In this document: piece by piece, positions 26,040 through 39,382 of the stretch | Layout of the letters: each line of letters starts with the position of its first letter | Numbering within the stretch: the stretch's first letter is position 1 | Assembly (NCBI RefSeq): GCF_009914755.1 | Contig: NC_060941.1 | Reading direction: 5' to 3' (one strand) | Origin: the human T2T-CHM13v2.0 reference genome, Homo sapiens | Length of the DNA stretch: 64,000 bases | Position numbers and translations under genes: made by a program | The notes under the pieces: model-generated | The model's input: only the letters and a program-made list of their open reading frames with translations | What the model was told of the DNA's origin: nothing | Databases searched by the model: none

Positions 26040-28500
26040 ATTACTAGTACCTTTGAAGACCCACAGTGTTTCTCTCCAATTGCATCTCCCACCCTTTCCC
26101 TCAGAGATAATCACTTTCTTGGATTTATTCTTAACCATTTTCTTGAAAACTTTACTACTTGTGTATATATTCCTTAACAATATGTTGTTTAGTTTTACCT
26201 GTTTATCAACTTTATATAAATAGAAATATACTCTATGTATCATTCTGACCTGCTTTTCTTCACTCGACATTTTGTTTTTGCATTTCATCTATTTGAAGTT
26301 TTTAGCTAGTTCGTGTCTTCTTATTGTTTCTTGTACTCTATTGTGTGGATATACTACGTGTAATTATCCATTCTGCATTTGATGGACAGTCCAATTGTTT
26401 CTGTTCTCTTCTGTTATAAATGGTGCTAAAAACATTTTAGTGCATGTATCCTGCTCCACATGTGTAATAGTTACCTGCTAGGAGTAGAATTGCTAAGTTG
26501 AATAATTGTAAGTTTGGCTTTACTAGGTAATGCCTACTTGTGCTTGAAAGTGTTTGAACTAATTTGTACTCCCACCAGTAATGAATAAGAATTATTGTTT
26601 ACCCCGCATACTTGCTGACCCTTTGTTTTATTTTAATTTTATTAATCTGGTAGTTGTAATAAGTGTTACATCATTACAGTTTAATTTGAATTTCCCTGGT
26701 TACTAATGGCTTTGAGACAGTGATGTGCTGGGACCAACTGACACTAGCTCATGAGAGCTGATTGCATGCATCTCTTCTCAACTCAATGTACAGTGATATC
26801 AGGTTGGTAGCTTGAAATCAGCTATAATGGGGTTATTTCTACCCATAAATGTTATAAACCAAGGTTTCCTCCTCCCTGGTAGCCAGTTGAGCATATATTT
26901 ATCTCTTTATTAGGCATTTGTGTTTCTCTGTGAAATGCTTCTTCATATCTTTTGACCCTTTTTCAGTGGATTAGTTGTCTTTTTCATGTAGATGTATAGT
27001 GATTCTTCTGGTTACTAATCCTTTGTTAAATTACATGTTATAAAAATCTTCTTCCAAATTTCTGGCTTGCCTTTTCACTCTATGGTAAAATGGACACAAA
27101 TCCAGTCATCCCTCCTGACTTAATTTCCATTTTTGTCAGTATTTTAGTTCTTTCTTTACTTTTAAGACCACAAATTAGACATTGATTATTTGTTTTGTGT
27201 GGTCAGCATTTGCTTAATAGACTCCATTTTTACCATTTTCTGTTAAGCATTCTTACATCTCAGACCTTCTCACTTGGTTTCTTTCTTCATGAGTACATAT
27301 TTTAGAAATTCATGTAGTGAGGATCTGATGATAATAAGCTCTCCCCATTTTATTTGTCTGAAGAACATCTTTATTCAACTCTTGTTCTTGAAATATATTT
27401 TTGCTACATTTAAAATGTTAAGTTGGCATTTAATATCTTTCACTGTTTTTATTTCGTGTTTGTGATGTCAGCTGTCAATCTGTCATTTGTTTGCAATCTG
27501 TTTCCTTCTATATGATTTTAAGATATCTTTGGCTTCAATGTTCAGCAGTTTGACTATGATGAATCATGTGTGAACTTACTTTAGTGTGTACTATTTGGGA
27601 TTCATTGAGCTTCCCGATTCGAAGAGCAATGTCTTCTGCCATTTCTGGAAATCACTAAGCTATTATCCTGAGCGATTTCTCTTTCATTCTTTGTATTTGT
27701 TCTTGTGTAATTCAGATTGGATGTGTGCTATAGCTTCTTCTGGCTGTTTTCTCTTTACCTTTTCTCCCCATTTGTATTTCAATTTTTGTCTTTCTGTTCC
27801 ATTATGAGAAGTTTCTTTACCTCTGTTGTCAAGTTCACCCATTCTCTTTATAATTGTATCTAACTGGATGTCAAATCTATAAATAAAGTTTCTAATTTAG
27901 TTATGTTACATTTTTATTTTTGAGATGTATTTTTTATGTTATCTGGATCTATTTCAATAGTTTCTTGTGTATTATACTTTCAATTCCCTCTTATTTTTAA
28001 AAACATATTAAACATAATTGCCTTATATTTTGTATCTGCTCACTTAAATATCTGCTGTCTTTATAGATCTGATACTGTACTTTATTTCCTTCAGTTAGCT
28101 TTCATTCATAGAGCTTATTTTCTCATATGTTTAGTGATTTTTGTTTGTGTCTGTGAGATCATGTTCTATCAATGCATTATAAGTGGGAATTCTTTGAGCT
28201 CTGAGTTTTAGAAATATCTCTCCAGAGTTTTGAGTTTGCTTCTGCTAGCCTGGGACCAATTTAAAGTAAAATTTCAGCATATGGCTTTTTAGGCCACACA
28301 GATAATGTAAATTCTGGCCCCAAACCTGTGTGAATGGGGACTTTTGGTTAGGAATTATTCAGGAGAAACTTTTTTACTCAAGTCACCTGAGCCAACATCA
28401 AAACACTGTTTACCTCTGTGAAGTTTACTTCTTCCCAGTTCACCCATTGAGTTTCTTCTGTTTTCCATTTGTGACTGTTGAAACCCCAAACTGTAGGCCA
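26040..28500 (-). mobile_element. Ancient L1 (L1ME/L1M-type) fragments
   Basis: T-rich strand with decayed L1 motifs (tttgtactcccaccag, tttgaatttccctggttactaatg). Boundaries approximate. Confidence 0.6.
26718..26895. mobile_element. MER63-like hAT MITE nested in old L1
   Basis: cagtgatgtgctgg start and ggttggtagcttgaaatcagc motif. Confidence 0.7.
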
Positions 28501-28628
28501 CCAGGGATCAGCATATACCCTCCGAACAAATAATGCTTCAGTGCTCTCTTACCCCAGTGGGCTCACTTGGCATCGCTGTTGCATGTCTCCATGGAATTCC
28601 TTTACTTCCTTGCTAGCTTTGTCTTACA

Positions 28629-28630
<2 letters not shown>

Positions 28631-28682
<52 letters not shown>
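28631..28682. repeat. (GT)26 perfect microsatellite
   Basis: Uninterrupted GT run about 350 nt upstream of the 117-nt exon. Confidence 0.97.
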
Positions 28683-28684
<2 letters not shown>

Positions 28685-29029
28685 CCAGCATTTTTAGTTA
28701 TGTTAAATTAGTAGAGGTTTCTGTCAGCATCTGGTAAGACACATTGCAAAAACAAAACAAAACAAAACCATAAACTAATTTAAATGTATTTTACTATAAG
28801 AATCAATAAACTCATATACAACTTATCTCATAAAACTTGCAGTATCTCTGTGCAAATTAACTTTTAAATATGCAGTTAGTTACATGCCCCCCAAAATCAA
28901 AACATATGTACAGTAAGAGAAAAAGATAATTTGGTAATATTGAATATTAGTTCATAAAAACTGAAAATAGGGACCAGTAATGTAAAACTGAAGAAATGTG
29001 TAAATGCTCCTTTTGATATCTCTGTGCAG

Positions 29030-29146
29030 GAAAGTGTTCAGGATTTAAAAAAGAGAATCATGGTACTCGACTGCCAATTACGAAAATCAGAAATGGCTCG
29101 AAAAACTTTTGAGGCATCCACTGAAAAGCTTCTTCATTTTGTAGAG
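29030..29146 (+). CDS. STXBP4: STXBP4 internal coding exon (117 nt, phase 0-0)
   Basis: tgtgcag|GAA ... GAG|gtaagt; encodes ESVQDLKKRIMVLDCQLRKSEMARKTFEASTEKLLHFVE. Confidence 0.96.
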
Positions 29147-29637
29147 GTAAGTTTTTCTGTTCTATTACATTCATCTTTAAAAAATATATAGGCAACTGGC
29201 ATATAGATAAATGTTACTGTATTTGGTACCTAGTGAAACATTCTCTAGTCTCAAAGCAGCAATGCTGGCTTATGGTCAGATTTAGAACTGCATACATGAT
29301 GAAAAGACTGGCTAACATTTTATAGATTGTTTAGAGAAATAATTGAGACAAGGTGATGGGATTCCAAGTATATACTATTTTAATGAATACTTTACCAAAA
29401 ATCCTGATAATGCATAAACATTATTTGATAACTACTTACCTTATAAAGAAATGTTTTCATAGCTGTTATATTTCTGAGTAAAACTGCATGTTAGTTCAAT
29501 TGTTTGCACCCCCGCTACATAATAGAAGCATCAGTTTAATCCGTGGACAGAGGAGGTTATAAATATTAATGAAGAAAAGATATTTTTTAAAAACTGTCAA
29601 ACTGATATATCTCCTTCACCATCTTGTTTGTTGCTAG

Positions 29638-29687
29638 GCTATTCAAGAAGTATTTTCTGATAATTCTACTCCTTTATCAAATTTAAG
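29638..29687 (+). CDS. STXBP4: STXBP4 internal coding exon (50 nt, phase 0-2)
   Basis: ttgctag|GCT ... AAG|gtaaga; encodes AIQEVFSDNSTPLSNL plus AG of a split Ser codon completed by the T of the next exon. Confidence 0.94.
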
Positions 29688-30427
29688 GTAAGAAAATTTA
29701 AGTGCTTTTTGCAGAATATGGGTAGTGATTAAATTCTTCATCTGGTCATTGTGACTCAAATACTAAAAATCTCTTAAATAGTCCTAAGGTGCTACATAAC
29801 TCCCATTGGATGCCATCATATGGAAATAGATGCAAGGACATATTGTTTTGTGTCCCATCTCTGTTAAAGAAATTCCTGGAGGTATTTAGTCAATCATTGT
29901 AACCTTGTAATCTAAAATTATGGTAGAAACCACCTATCCTGTCTTTATCAAAAATTCTATAAAGATGAGATTAACTTAAAATTCTGTAATTGTCTTGCGT
30001 ATGAATCAAAGTTACTGGTCACAGGTTCACTACTAAAAGTGTCTCAACCCAGCAGGTTAGTTGTTCTGGCAAACAGAATTTTGGAAAACATATTCATGCA
30101 ATCATTTTCTTTCGTTTTCATCTTTCAGTAGCTATAAATAAAAGAAATATATTTGGAGAATATACCTCGATTGTCTCATTATTCATAATATGTTTTGGAT
30201 TTAAAGTTTCTTACTAGAAGCTGGAAACATACTAATCAAATTTATTTATTTCAAACCACAAGTTTATGGTCATTTTGATACATGATGAAAGACATTTACA
30301 AAAGAAAGATTCTTGTTTATGCATTTCCAAAGTAATTTTTTTCTGCTCTCATAATAGCTGCCACTAGTCCTAGATACATCTTCTACTTCTAGCAATATAC
30401 GCTTGCAGAAACAGGAAGACTCAATGA

Positions 30428-30738
30428 GGTTGGGTGTGATGGTGCATACCTGTAATCCCAGTATTTTGGGAGGCTGAGGCAGGGGGATCACTTGAGCCCA
30501 GGAGTTTGAGACAAGGAACATAGTGGCACACAGTGGGACCCTATCTCTACAAAAAAAAAAAAAAAAGAAATAGCCAGATGGGATGGTGCATTCCTATATT
30601 CCCAGCTACTTGGGAGGTTGAGGCAGGAGGATTGCTGGAGCCCAGGAGCTCTAGGAGATTGAGGCTGCAATGAGCTGTGATCATACCACTGCCCTCCAGC
30701 CTGGATAACATAGTGATGCCCTGTCTCAAAAAGTAAAT
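30428..30738 (+). mobile_element. AluJ
   Basis: cttgagcccaggagtttgaga and gaggattgct diagnostics; expanded middle A-tract. Confidence 0.9.
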
Positions 30739-32000
30739 AAATACTCTACCCTTTACTGTGAAAACAGCAGCTTAATAAATGAAGATATTTTTGGTGTCCA
30801 CATAGCATTTTTTAATTTAGAAGAATATTTATAATTCACTTCTAAACTCAAGTAATGTTTTACTTCTTATGATGAAGGAACCTGACATAACTTCTTACTC
30901 TCCTTGCTGCTTATGATACAAGAAAACTCTGTGAATTTCATGATTATTACTCTCAGTAAGGATCTTAAAATAATCAGTAATCACATTTATTTCTTTATGG
31001 GCTAAGTGTGTCACCCACCCTCAGCTTTCCAAGGTCTTAGTTTTACCTTGACTAATAATTCAAAAGTTTTGTTTTAAAAATTAAGGTTAAAATGACTATT
31101 TAAAAGCCAGAGCCTGCCCTTGCCTTAAACTGCTTCATGGAAAAAAAGACAACTTTAAATAGCTACATCACGCAACATTTCATGGTGTCTTAGTAAATTA
31201 AACACTAGTAAAAACTGGTGCAGTCATTTCAATATAGCATATCCTCTACATGGATATTGGCCCTGGTCATTCAACACAGAATAAAGGCTATGTATTTGAA
31301 TTTGAGAACTGATGCTTTTGTTACCCTTTGTGAATTAATATCATTATGCTTAGGAAGATGGAGTATAAATAATGATGATTTTGTCATCAGTTTAAATTTT
31401 TTTTTCAAGTAAGTTTTAGTGTAATTTTTTGAAGAAAACATTTAATTTTTAATTAGATCAGAATGCATTCATTTTAGGTGACATTTGCATTTTTTGAAAG
31501 TGATACAAATGCTCTAGGCTGTTTTTGATTCGAGGCAAAAAATGGAATAATTTAAGAGATAATTTCAGGAGCCAAATACATATATTGAATTTATATTTAA
31601 TATTACTAGAAGTAATAATAAATGTATTTTAACAAATTCATGTTTATATGCTTAATTTGAATTTATACAGAACTAAATAAAATTATATCATGTTAGCAAA
31701 AGAGAAGCACTCACAAAATAAGCCCAACAAATGATTTAGGAGACAGGTCATCCTTCTATTACTTCTTTATCATACATGAAGTCAACCTAATTTTAAAATA
31801 TTTCTACTTATTATGTCGTAAATAATTGAAAACAGAAATATTGTTTTATGTGAATTACTTCAATTTTGGTTATATGAAATAATTTCCTCAGAAATATAAA
31901 TATTTTTGTACAAATCTATAACTGATACAACTTCAGATTTAGTAAAGATAGATGTTGTTTATTGTGTAGTAAGTTCAACTTTATTTTATTGCCTTCATAG

Positions 32001-32134
32001 TGAAAGAAGAGCTGTGTTAGCTTCTCAGACTTCCCTCACACCACTGGGAAGGAATGGACGTAGCATCCCAGCAACGCTGGCGCTTGAATCTAAGGAACTT
32101 GTTAAATCTGTTCGTGCCTTACTTGATATGGATT
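32001..32134 (+). CDS. STXBP4: STXBP4 internal coding exon (134 nt, phase 2-1), immediately before the WW domain
   Basis: ttcatag|T ... GAT T|gtaagt; encodes (S)ERRAVLASQTSLTPLGRNGRSIPATLALESKELVKSVRALLDMD. Phase matches the 50-nt exon. Confidence 0.95.
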
Positions 32135-33459
32135 GTAAGTTTTCTGCATTTTTTCACTTTTTAAAAGTAATTTATTTAACAAAACAAATTGAAGTCAGAC
32201 AGTTGAATTTCGTTATAGTGGCTTGCCTACAGCAAAGTTGATACCTAATCAATAAAAATATTAATGTACCAATCATAGGAGGAGAATATTTCCTTTATGT
32301 AAAGGCTCAGAATGAAGCTCTAATTAAGATATGCCTTTACATCCACTTCCACCCAAAGTTTCTTTGAAATGGCAGAATAAATGTAAAAATCAATCCGCAG
32401 CAGCACTGGAAACTGGAGGAGTGGAATCAGCATTGAGGAACTTGTTGTTAAATAATAATATCCCACAGGTGGAATAAGATTAAATGTACAGTCCAACTGA
32501 GCAAAAGACCCCAAAACACAAATATAACAGACAAAACTGCTGAAACGATGAGTTAAGCAGAACCATGGAAAAAACCCCAGGATCACAGACAGTGAAGACT
32601 GGGAACAGACTCTGGGGCAGTCAGCAGGGTAATTAATTAAATGGCTTGGAATAGCTGAACCAGTTCCCTAGTCTTCAGAGCTGCTGGCTCAGGCATATCC
32701 TCCTATGCTGGAGCCAGGAAAATACCTCTCTAAAGGAACTACATGAACTGTCACTAGATACCCCTAGAGTCATCATTGGGCTAGAAAGAGAAGTAAGGCA
32801 ATGCTCTAAGTAACTTCCATCATCCCAACAGACAGAGAAATCCTTGGGGAAAACTTAAATGACTGGACATTTTCCTCTTTTTCTTTTTGTGTCTCTCCAG
32901 ACACTTTTGTCTCTTTATGAATTTCAACTCCCTTTTTCTAACTACTTCTTACGTACTCTTTATTTTCCTGCAATGAAAATTATAATTTACGTAACTATAC
33001 CTATAATTTATAAAAATCAACAATGTGCTAATGTACTGTAGAGGAGAAATAAGAGGGAGGTGATTTATAATAAAATTATATATATTTCAAAACATAAATG
33101 CTTTAGTACAGCTATACTAGGATATATAATGTAGTCATCAGATGCCTGCACCTAAACAGAGAATCACCACAAATGTGGCAACCATGAATGTAGACTGATA
33201 CAGGAACATTGTGTTGTCATTTTAAATAGCATGAGCAGATTGTCATCAGTAATGTCCAAATGATTGTCCAAAATGGTGACCAATGGTAAAGTTCTGAAGA
33301 GAAGAAAGTAAAATCTTCCATTAATTTATATAGTAGGTACAAGCCTGGGAAATTTAATGTATATTAAAACTATGCAAAAATATTTGGAGTTTATCTAAAA
33401 ATGGAATTTTGTTCCAGATTTGAGTAATTACAAACAGATTTTTTACCACCATAAATATC

Positions 33460-33675
33460 TAGTAGGACATTTAAACATTATACAGGACACAGAACAATTC
33501 TTTGTTGCACAGGACCATTCAGTGTATCCAATAATGATAGGATGTTTAGCATTCCTAGTACCCTTTCACTAAATGCCAAAAATATCCCCAAACACTGTGA
33601 CAATAGATAATGCCTCACAAATTTCCAAAAATGCCCCCTAGGTGCAATACCATTCTTAGTGGGAACCTCTATTGT
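33460..33675. mobile_element. MER20-like hAT-Charlie MITE
   Basis: acaattctttgttg...ggatgtttagcat...cactaaatgcca...tgtgacaa...tttccaaa..gccccctagg motif series. Confidence 0.6.
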
Positions 33676-33919
33676 TGATCCTTATTTAAAATATGAACCA
33701 ACAACCAAGAATCACCTAATAATGGTCCAGGGGGAGAAGAACTGCATAACAGGGAGATTCTGAAGAGAGAGAAAAAAAGTCTTTAATTAAATAAAGATAA
33801 TGTAATATTCTGAAGATAGCTATATTATATTCTTGAAATAAAATGAAGTTATTATCCTTAAAGAGAATCAATGACACATTGCATTCATAACACAAGAAGT
33901 AGTTGCATGCAAGAAAGCA

Positions 33920-34225
33920 TTTTTTTTTTTAAGACATGGTCTTGCTTTATTACCCAGGCTGGAGTGCAGTGGCTCGATCTCAGCTCATTGCAACCTCCTC
34001 CTCCCCGATCCCCCATCACTCCCACCCCTAGGTTCAGGTGTCTCAGCCTCTCAGGTAGCTGAGACCACAGGTGTACATCACCATGCCTGGCATTTTTTTA
34101 TTTTTAGTAGAGACAGGGTCTCTCCATGTTGCCCAGGCCTGGTCTTGAACTCCTGGACTGAAGCAATCCACCCACCTCAGCCTCACAAAGTGTTGGGATT
34201 AAAGCCATGAGCCACCACACCCGGC
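33920..34225 (-). mobile_element. AluJ with a short C-rich internal insertion
   Basis: Alu consensus with ctcctggactgaagcaatcc diagnostic; extra pyrimidine-rich tract at ~34003-34030. Confidence 0.9.
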
Positions 34226-34419
34226 TAGAAAAGAGCTTTTAAAAAGTATTTTACATCTCCTTTTTCACTAAATGAAGATATTACTCAAAAAAGTTGTTTG
34301 ATTATTAAATAATATAATTTATTTGAAGCACCTACCTATCACATTCCTAGCACAAAAAACATACTCGGGAATAAGTTTTGAATTGTGGTTGAACTATGTA
34401 CATAGCACTTTTTTAAAAA

Positions 34420-34956
34420 TAAGCTGTTCCATTTACCATTGCTGCAGAACAAATCAACCCAAAAGTTAATGGCTTAAACCAACAATTTAGTATTGTCTCT
34501 CATGGTCCTTTTGGTTAATTGCGCTCAGCTAGGCAGCTCATGTTAGAGCACTCTCACGTGGTTGCAGTCAGATGTCTGTTGGGGATGCAATATCTGATGA
34601 CTCTACTGGGCTGGACATCTAAGATGGGAGCTCATCTGTGGCTATCAACTGGAACACCTACCTATATTTGGCCTCCCTAGCATGGTGACCTCAAGGTAGT
34701 TGAATTTCTTATGTGGTGGCTCAAGGCTCCAGCATAGGTGTTTCAGTGAACAAGACAAAAGCTGTATCACCTTTTATGACCCAGCCTCAGAAGTCACACA
34801 GCCTCGCTTTCACCATATTCTATTCATCAATGCAAATTTGAGGGGATGGGACTTAGACTCCACCCGTGTATGGGAAAGTGACAAGGTCTCTTTATAGAAG
34901 AGCATATAGTCAGAAGTTATTATTGTGGCCATCTTTGGAGAATAATATGTGATACA
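34420..34956. mobile_element. MaLR LTR (MLT1-type)
   Basis: attgctgc..aacaaatcaacccaaaagttaatggcttaaaccaaca start; gtggccatctttgg..aata end. Confidence 0.7.
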
Positions 34957-34959
34957 TTA

Positions 34960-36318
34960 CTGGGTCAAATGGTATTTCTAGTTCTAGATCCCTGAGGAAT
35001 CGCCACACTGACTTCCACAATGGTTGAACTAGTTTACAGTCCCACCAACAGTGTAAAAGTGTTCCTATTTCTCCACATCCTCTCCAGCACCTGTTGTTTC
35101 CTGACTTTTTAATGATTGCCATTCTAACTGGTGTGAGATGGTATCTCATTGTGGTTTTGCTTTGCATTTCTCTGATGGCCAGTGATGGTGAGCATTTTTT
35201 CATGTGTTTTTTGGCTGCATAAATGTCTTCTTTAGAGAAGTGTCTGTTCATGTCCTTTGCCCACTTTTTGATGGGGTTGTTTGCTTTTTTCTTGTAAATT
35301 TGTTTGAATTCATTGTAGATTCTGGATATTAGCCCTTTGTCAGATGAGTAGGTTGCGAAAATTTTCTCCCATCTTGTAGGTTGCCTGTTCTTTCTGATGG
35401 TAGTTTCTTTTGCTGTGCAGAAGCTCTTTAGTTTAATTAGATCCCATTTGTCAATTTTGGCTTTTGTTGCCATTGCTTTTGGTGTTTTAGACATGAAGTC
35501 CTTGCCCATGCCTATGTCCTGAATGGTAATGCCTAGGTTTTCTTCTAGGGTTTTTATGGTTTTAGGTCTAACGTTTAAGTCTTTAATCCATCTTGAATTG
35601 ATTTTTGTATAAGGTGTAAGGAAGGGATCCAGTTTCAGCTTTCTACATATGGCTAGCCAGTTTTCCCAGCACCATTTATTAAATAGAGAATCCTTTCCCC
35701 ATTTCTTGTTTTTGTCAGGTTTGTCAAAGATCAGATAGTTGTAGATATGCGGCGTTATTTCTGAGGGCTCTGTTCTGTTCCATTGATCTATATCTCTGTT
35801 TTGGTACCAGTATATACCCAAAGGACTATAAATCATGCTGCTATAAAGACACATGCACATGTATGTTTATTGCGGCATTATTCACAATAGCAAAGACTTG
35901 GAACCAACCCAAATGTCCAACAATGATAGACTGGATTAAGAAAATGTGGCACATACACACCATGGAATACTATGCAGCCATAAAAATGATGAGTTCGTGT
36001 CCTTTGTAGGGACATGGATGAAATTGGAAATCATCATTCTCAGTAAACTATCACAAGAACAAAAAACCAAACACCGCATATTCTCACTCATAGGTGGGAA
36101 TTGAACAATGAGAACACATGGACACAGGAAGGGGAACATCACACTCTGGGGACTGTTGTGGGGTGGGTGGAGGGGGGAGGGATGGCAGTGGGAGATATAC
36201 CTAATGCTAGATGACGAGTTAGTGGGTGCAGCGCACCAGCAAGGCACATGTATACATATGTAACTAACCTGCATATTGTGCACATGTACCCTAAAACTTA
36301 AAGTATAATAAAAAAAAA
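34960..36318 (+). mobile_element. 5'-truncated, 5'-inverted L1 (L1PA2/3-like; twin-priming structure)
   Basis: Antisense ORF2 segment 34960-35812 joined to sense 3' segment 35810-36318 with poly(A); TSD gtgatacatta at 34949-34959 and 36319-36329; 3' UTR has GAG (non-Ta) at the diagnostic site. Confidence 0.95.
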
Positions 36319-37187
36319 GTGATACATTAGTATAAGTTAAATACAAGTTAATTTAGTTGGGATGGCTCAATAATCATTATTACAAGTACCCATTAATATA
36401 TGGCATATTAGTAGATTAGTGTGTTAGATTTTGGTTGTTTTTCTGTCTCTTCCCTAATGTCACCCTACCTGCTAGTTGTCTTTCTGCTTGCTTCTAACAT
36501 TCCACCATCCCTCTAGTTTGCCACTTTTAATCTTCCCTATGCTGGGGAATAGATGAAAAAAGAATGAGAAAGAGAGAAAGAAAGATGTAAAGTTCCATGT
36601 TAATTAACTATCAAAATGATGTTTTCAGTACAGTTCTGGGTAATAGATGGCTTGGCTTGGTATGGGGTAACATTCAAAGACCCTCTGGGGTAAGTTCTGA
36701 TTTCACAACTGTGTTATGGAGGATTGGAAACTATGCCACTCATAGTGTCTACTCAGTTTTCCCAATAAATATATACTTAAAAATTTGTATAACCTAATAC
36801 ATTTGTAAAAATCAAATTATATATCAAAAACTCCTAAGAGCTAATTATGTGAAGAAATTCTGTGGGTTTTAGGAGGAATGAAAATAATCACTCGTAATGT
36901 GTTATGTGTAAGTTCAGAATTTTATATATCAGACATTTTTATGTTGGGGTGGCAACAGTGGAGGGAAACACCTGCACAGACATAGCCCAGTGAACACTGC
37001 CATCATTAATTTTCATTATCTTGCTAACATTAACTTCAGTATCTGTCAAACATGATTATTCAAAGAAAATATTCGAAATTCTGCAGAACTTATTTGGAAG
37101 AAAAGTAAAAAATTTCATCAGCACTTTTTTTTCCCCAATGATACTCAGTAATTTCCAGGCTGGTTATAAATTAATTATGCAATCAGG

Positions 37188-38930
37188 TTTTTTATATTTT
37201 ATTTAAATTTTATTTTCAATTGACAAGTAATAATTGTATGTATGCATGGGGTACATAGTGATATTTTGATACACATAATATACAATAGTCAGATAAGAGT
37301 AACTAGCATATCTATCATCTCAAACATTGATCATTTCCTTTGGTTGGGAACATTCAATATCCTCCTTCTAGCTATTTCAAACTATATAGTACATTATTGT
37401 TAACTATACTCATCCTGCACTAGTATAGAACACTAGAACTTATTCCTTCTATCTAGCTGTAATTTTTTATCCTTTAACAAATCTCTCCCTATCCCCCTGT
37501 TCTCCGTGTCCTTCCAGTCTCTAGTACCCTCTGTTCTACTTTTTACTTCCGTGAGATCAACTTTTTTATTCGTATATGGAGACACGCACACATACCACAT
37601 TTTCCTTATCCATTCGTCTGTTGTTGGACACTAAGGTTGATTCCATATCTTGGCTATTGTGAATAGTGCTGCAATACACATGGCAGGATGTCTCTTCAAT
37701 ATGCTGACTTTCTTTTCTTTGGATAAATGCCCAGTAGTAGGATTGCTGACTCATATTGTAGTTCTATTTTTGTTTTTTGAGGAACCTTTATACTGATCTC
37801 CATAGTGGCTTTACTAGTTTACATTCCCACCAGTGGTGTACAAGGGTTCCCTTTTCTCTGCATCTTCTCCAGCATTTACTTTCTGTGTTTTTGATAATAG
37901 TCATCTTAACTAGGGTGAGATGGTAACTCATTGTGGATTTGATTTGCATTTCCCTGACGATTAGTGATGTTGAGCATTTTTCATCTATTTGCTGGCCATT
38001 TGTATGTCTTCTTTTGGGAAATGTCTGTTCAGATCATTTGCTCACTTTTTAAATCAGATTGATTGGTTTTTTGCTGTTGGTTTTCTGCTAGTAGTTTGAG
38101 TTCCTTGTGTATTCTGAATATTAATTCCCTGTCAGAAGAGTAGTTTGCAAATATTGTCTCCAATTCTATAGGTTGTCTTTTCACTCTTGATTGTTACCTT
38201 TGCTGTGCAGAAGGTCTTTAGTTTGATATAATCTCATTTGTTTATTTTGCTTTTGTTGCCTGTGCTTTTGAGGTCTCATTCATAAAATCTTTTCCCAGAC
38301 CATTGTCTTGAAGTGTTTCCCCTATTTTTTTCTCCTAGTAGTTTTATATTCAGATCTTACATTTAGGTCTTTGCTTCATTTTGAGTTGATTTTTGTATAG
38401 GGTCATTCATCTGCATATGGATATCCAGTTTTTCCAGTACCGTTTGTTGAAGAGACTATCCTTTCCCAATGCTTTTGGCACCTTTGTCAAAAATCAGTTG
38501 GCTGTAAATATGTGGATTAATTTCTGGGTTGTCTATTCTGTTTCATTGGTCTGTGTGATTTTAGGCCGGTCCCATGCTGTTTTGGTTACTGCAGCTTTGT
38601 AGTATATTTTGAAGTCTGGTAGTGTGATGTTTCCAGCTTTGTTGTTTTTGCTCAGGTTTGCTTTGGCTCTTCAGGGTCTCTTGTGGTTCCATTAAAATTT
38701 TAGAATTTTTTTCTGTTTCCGTGAAGAATGTCATTGGTATTTTGATGGGTATTATATTGAATGTGTAGATTGCTTTGGGTAGTATTGTTATTTTAACAGT
38801 ACTATTAATAATTATTCTGATCTGTGAGCATGGGATATCCTTCCATTTGTTTATAGCCTCTTCAGTTTCTTCCATGAGCATTTTGTAGTTTTCCCATGAG
38901 CATTTTATAGTTTTCCTTATAGAGGTATTA
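37188..38930 (-). mobile_element. L1MA-type 3' fragment
   Basis: L1MA 3' UTR (ttgacaagtaataattgta...ggggtacatagtgat) plus decayed ORF2 (LPKAIYTFNIIPIKIP). Confidence 0.85.
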
Positions 38931-39382
38931 CCTCTTGCAAGGGTTATGCTTTGATGTTTAAAACTAGCAAATCTATGTTGTCCTTTTATTTAGAAATATA
39001 ATTGCTAATGTTGGCACATTTTGCCAGTACTTTTTATAAATTTGTATGACATAGCTTTTCAAGTTTAATAATTCAGATTAAATTCAGCTGATTTTCTTTC
39101 TCTTTAAGCAGCAGCTTTTTCTGCATGGAAAACAAAATTACTACCATGAGGTAGATAATTCAGCCACAACCCCTCCCTCATTTTCTTTCTTTGCCTTGGC
39201 TATCTGGTTATTTCAAGTTACAATTTGAAATTTTTACTTGGGTAATTGCCTCTACTTTCTTCTTAATATAAGTGTTCTCTAGGATGTTATACTATGGGAT
39301 TTTCTCAGAAAGCTGAAGGATAAGATTTATTGGCTCTTACAGCTTAAAACCAGGCTCTAAGGAATATCTAGAAGACAATTCT

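Noticed and set aside
31906-32000. 5' extension of the 111-aa ORF covering the 134-nt exon
   Set aside because: The ORF starts at a TTG in intron sequence upstream of a clear acceptor; only 32001-32134 is the exon.
34910-35860. 316-aa minus-strand ORF
   Set aside because: It is the inverted L1 ORF2 segment. Its start comes from the antisense of the non-inverted part and its end from flanking LTR, so it is a junction artefact, not a gene.
36159-36192. G-rich tract able to form a G-quadruplex
   Set aside because: Standard L1 3' UTR poly-purine tract.
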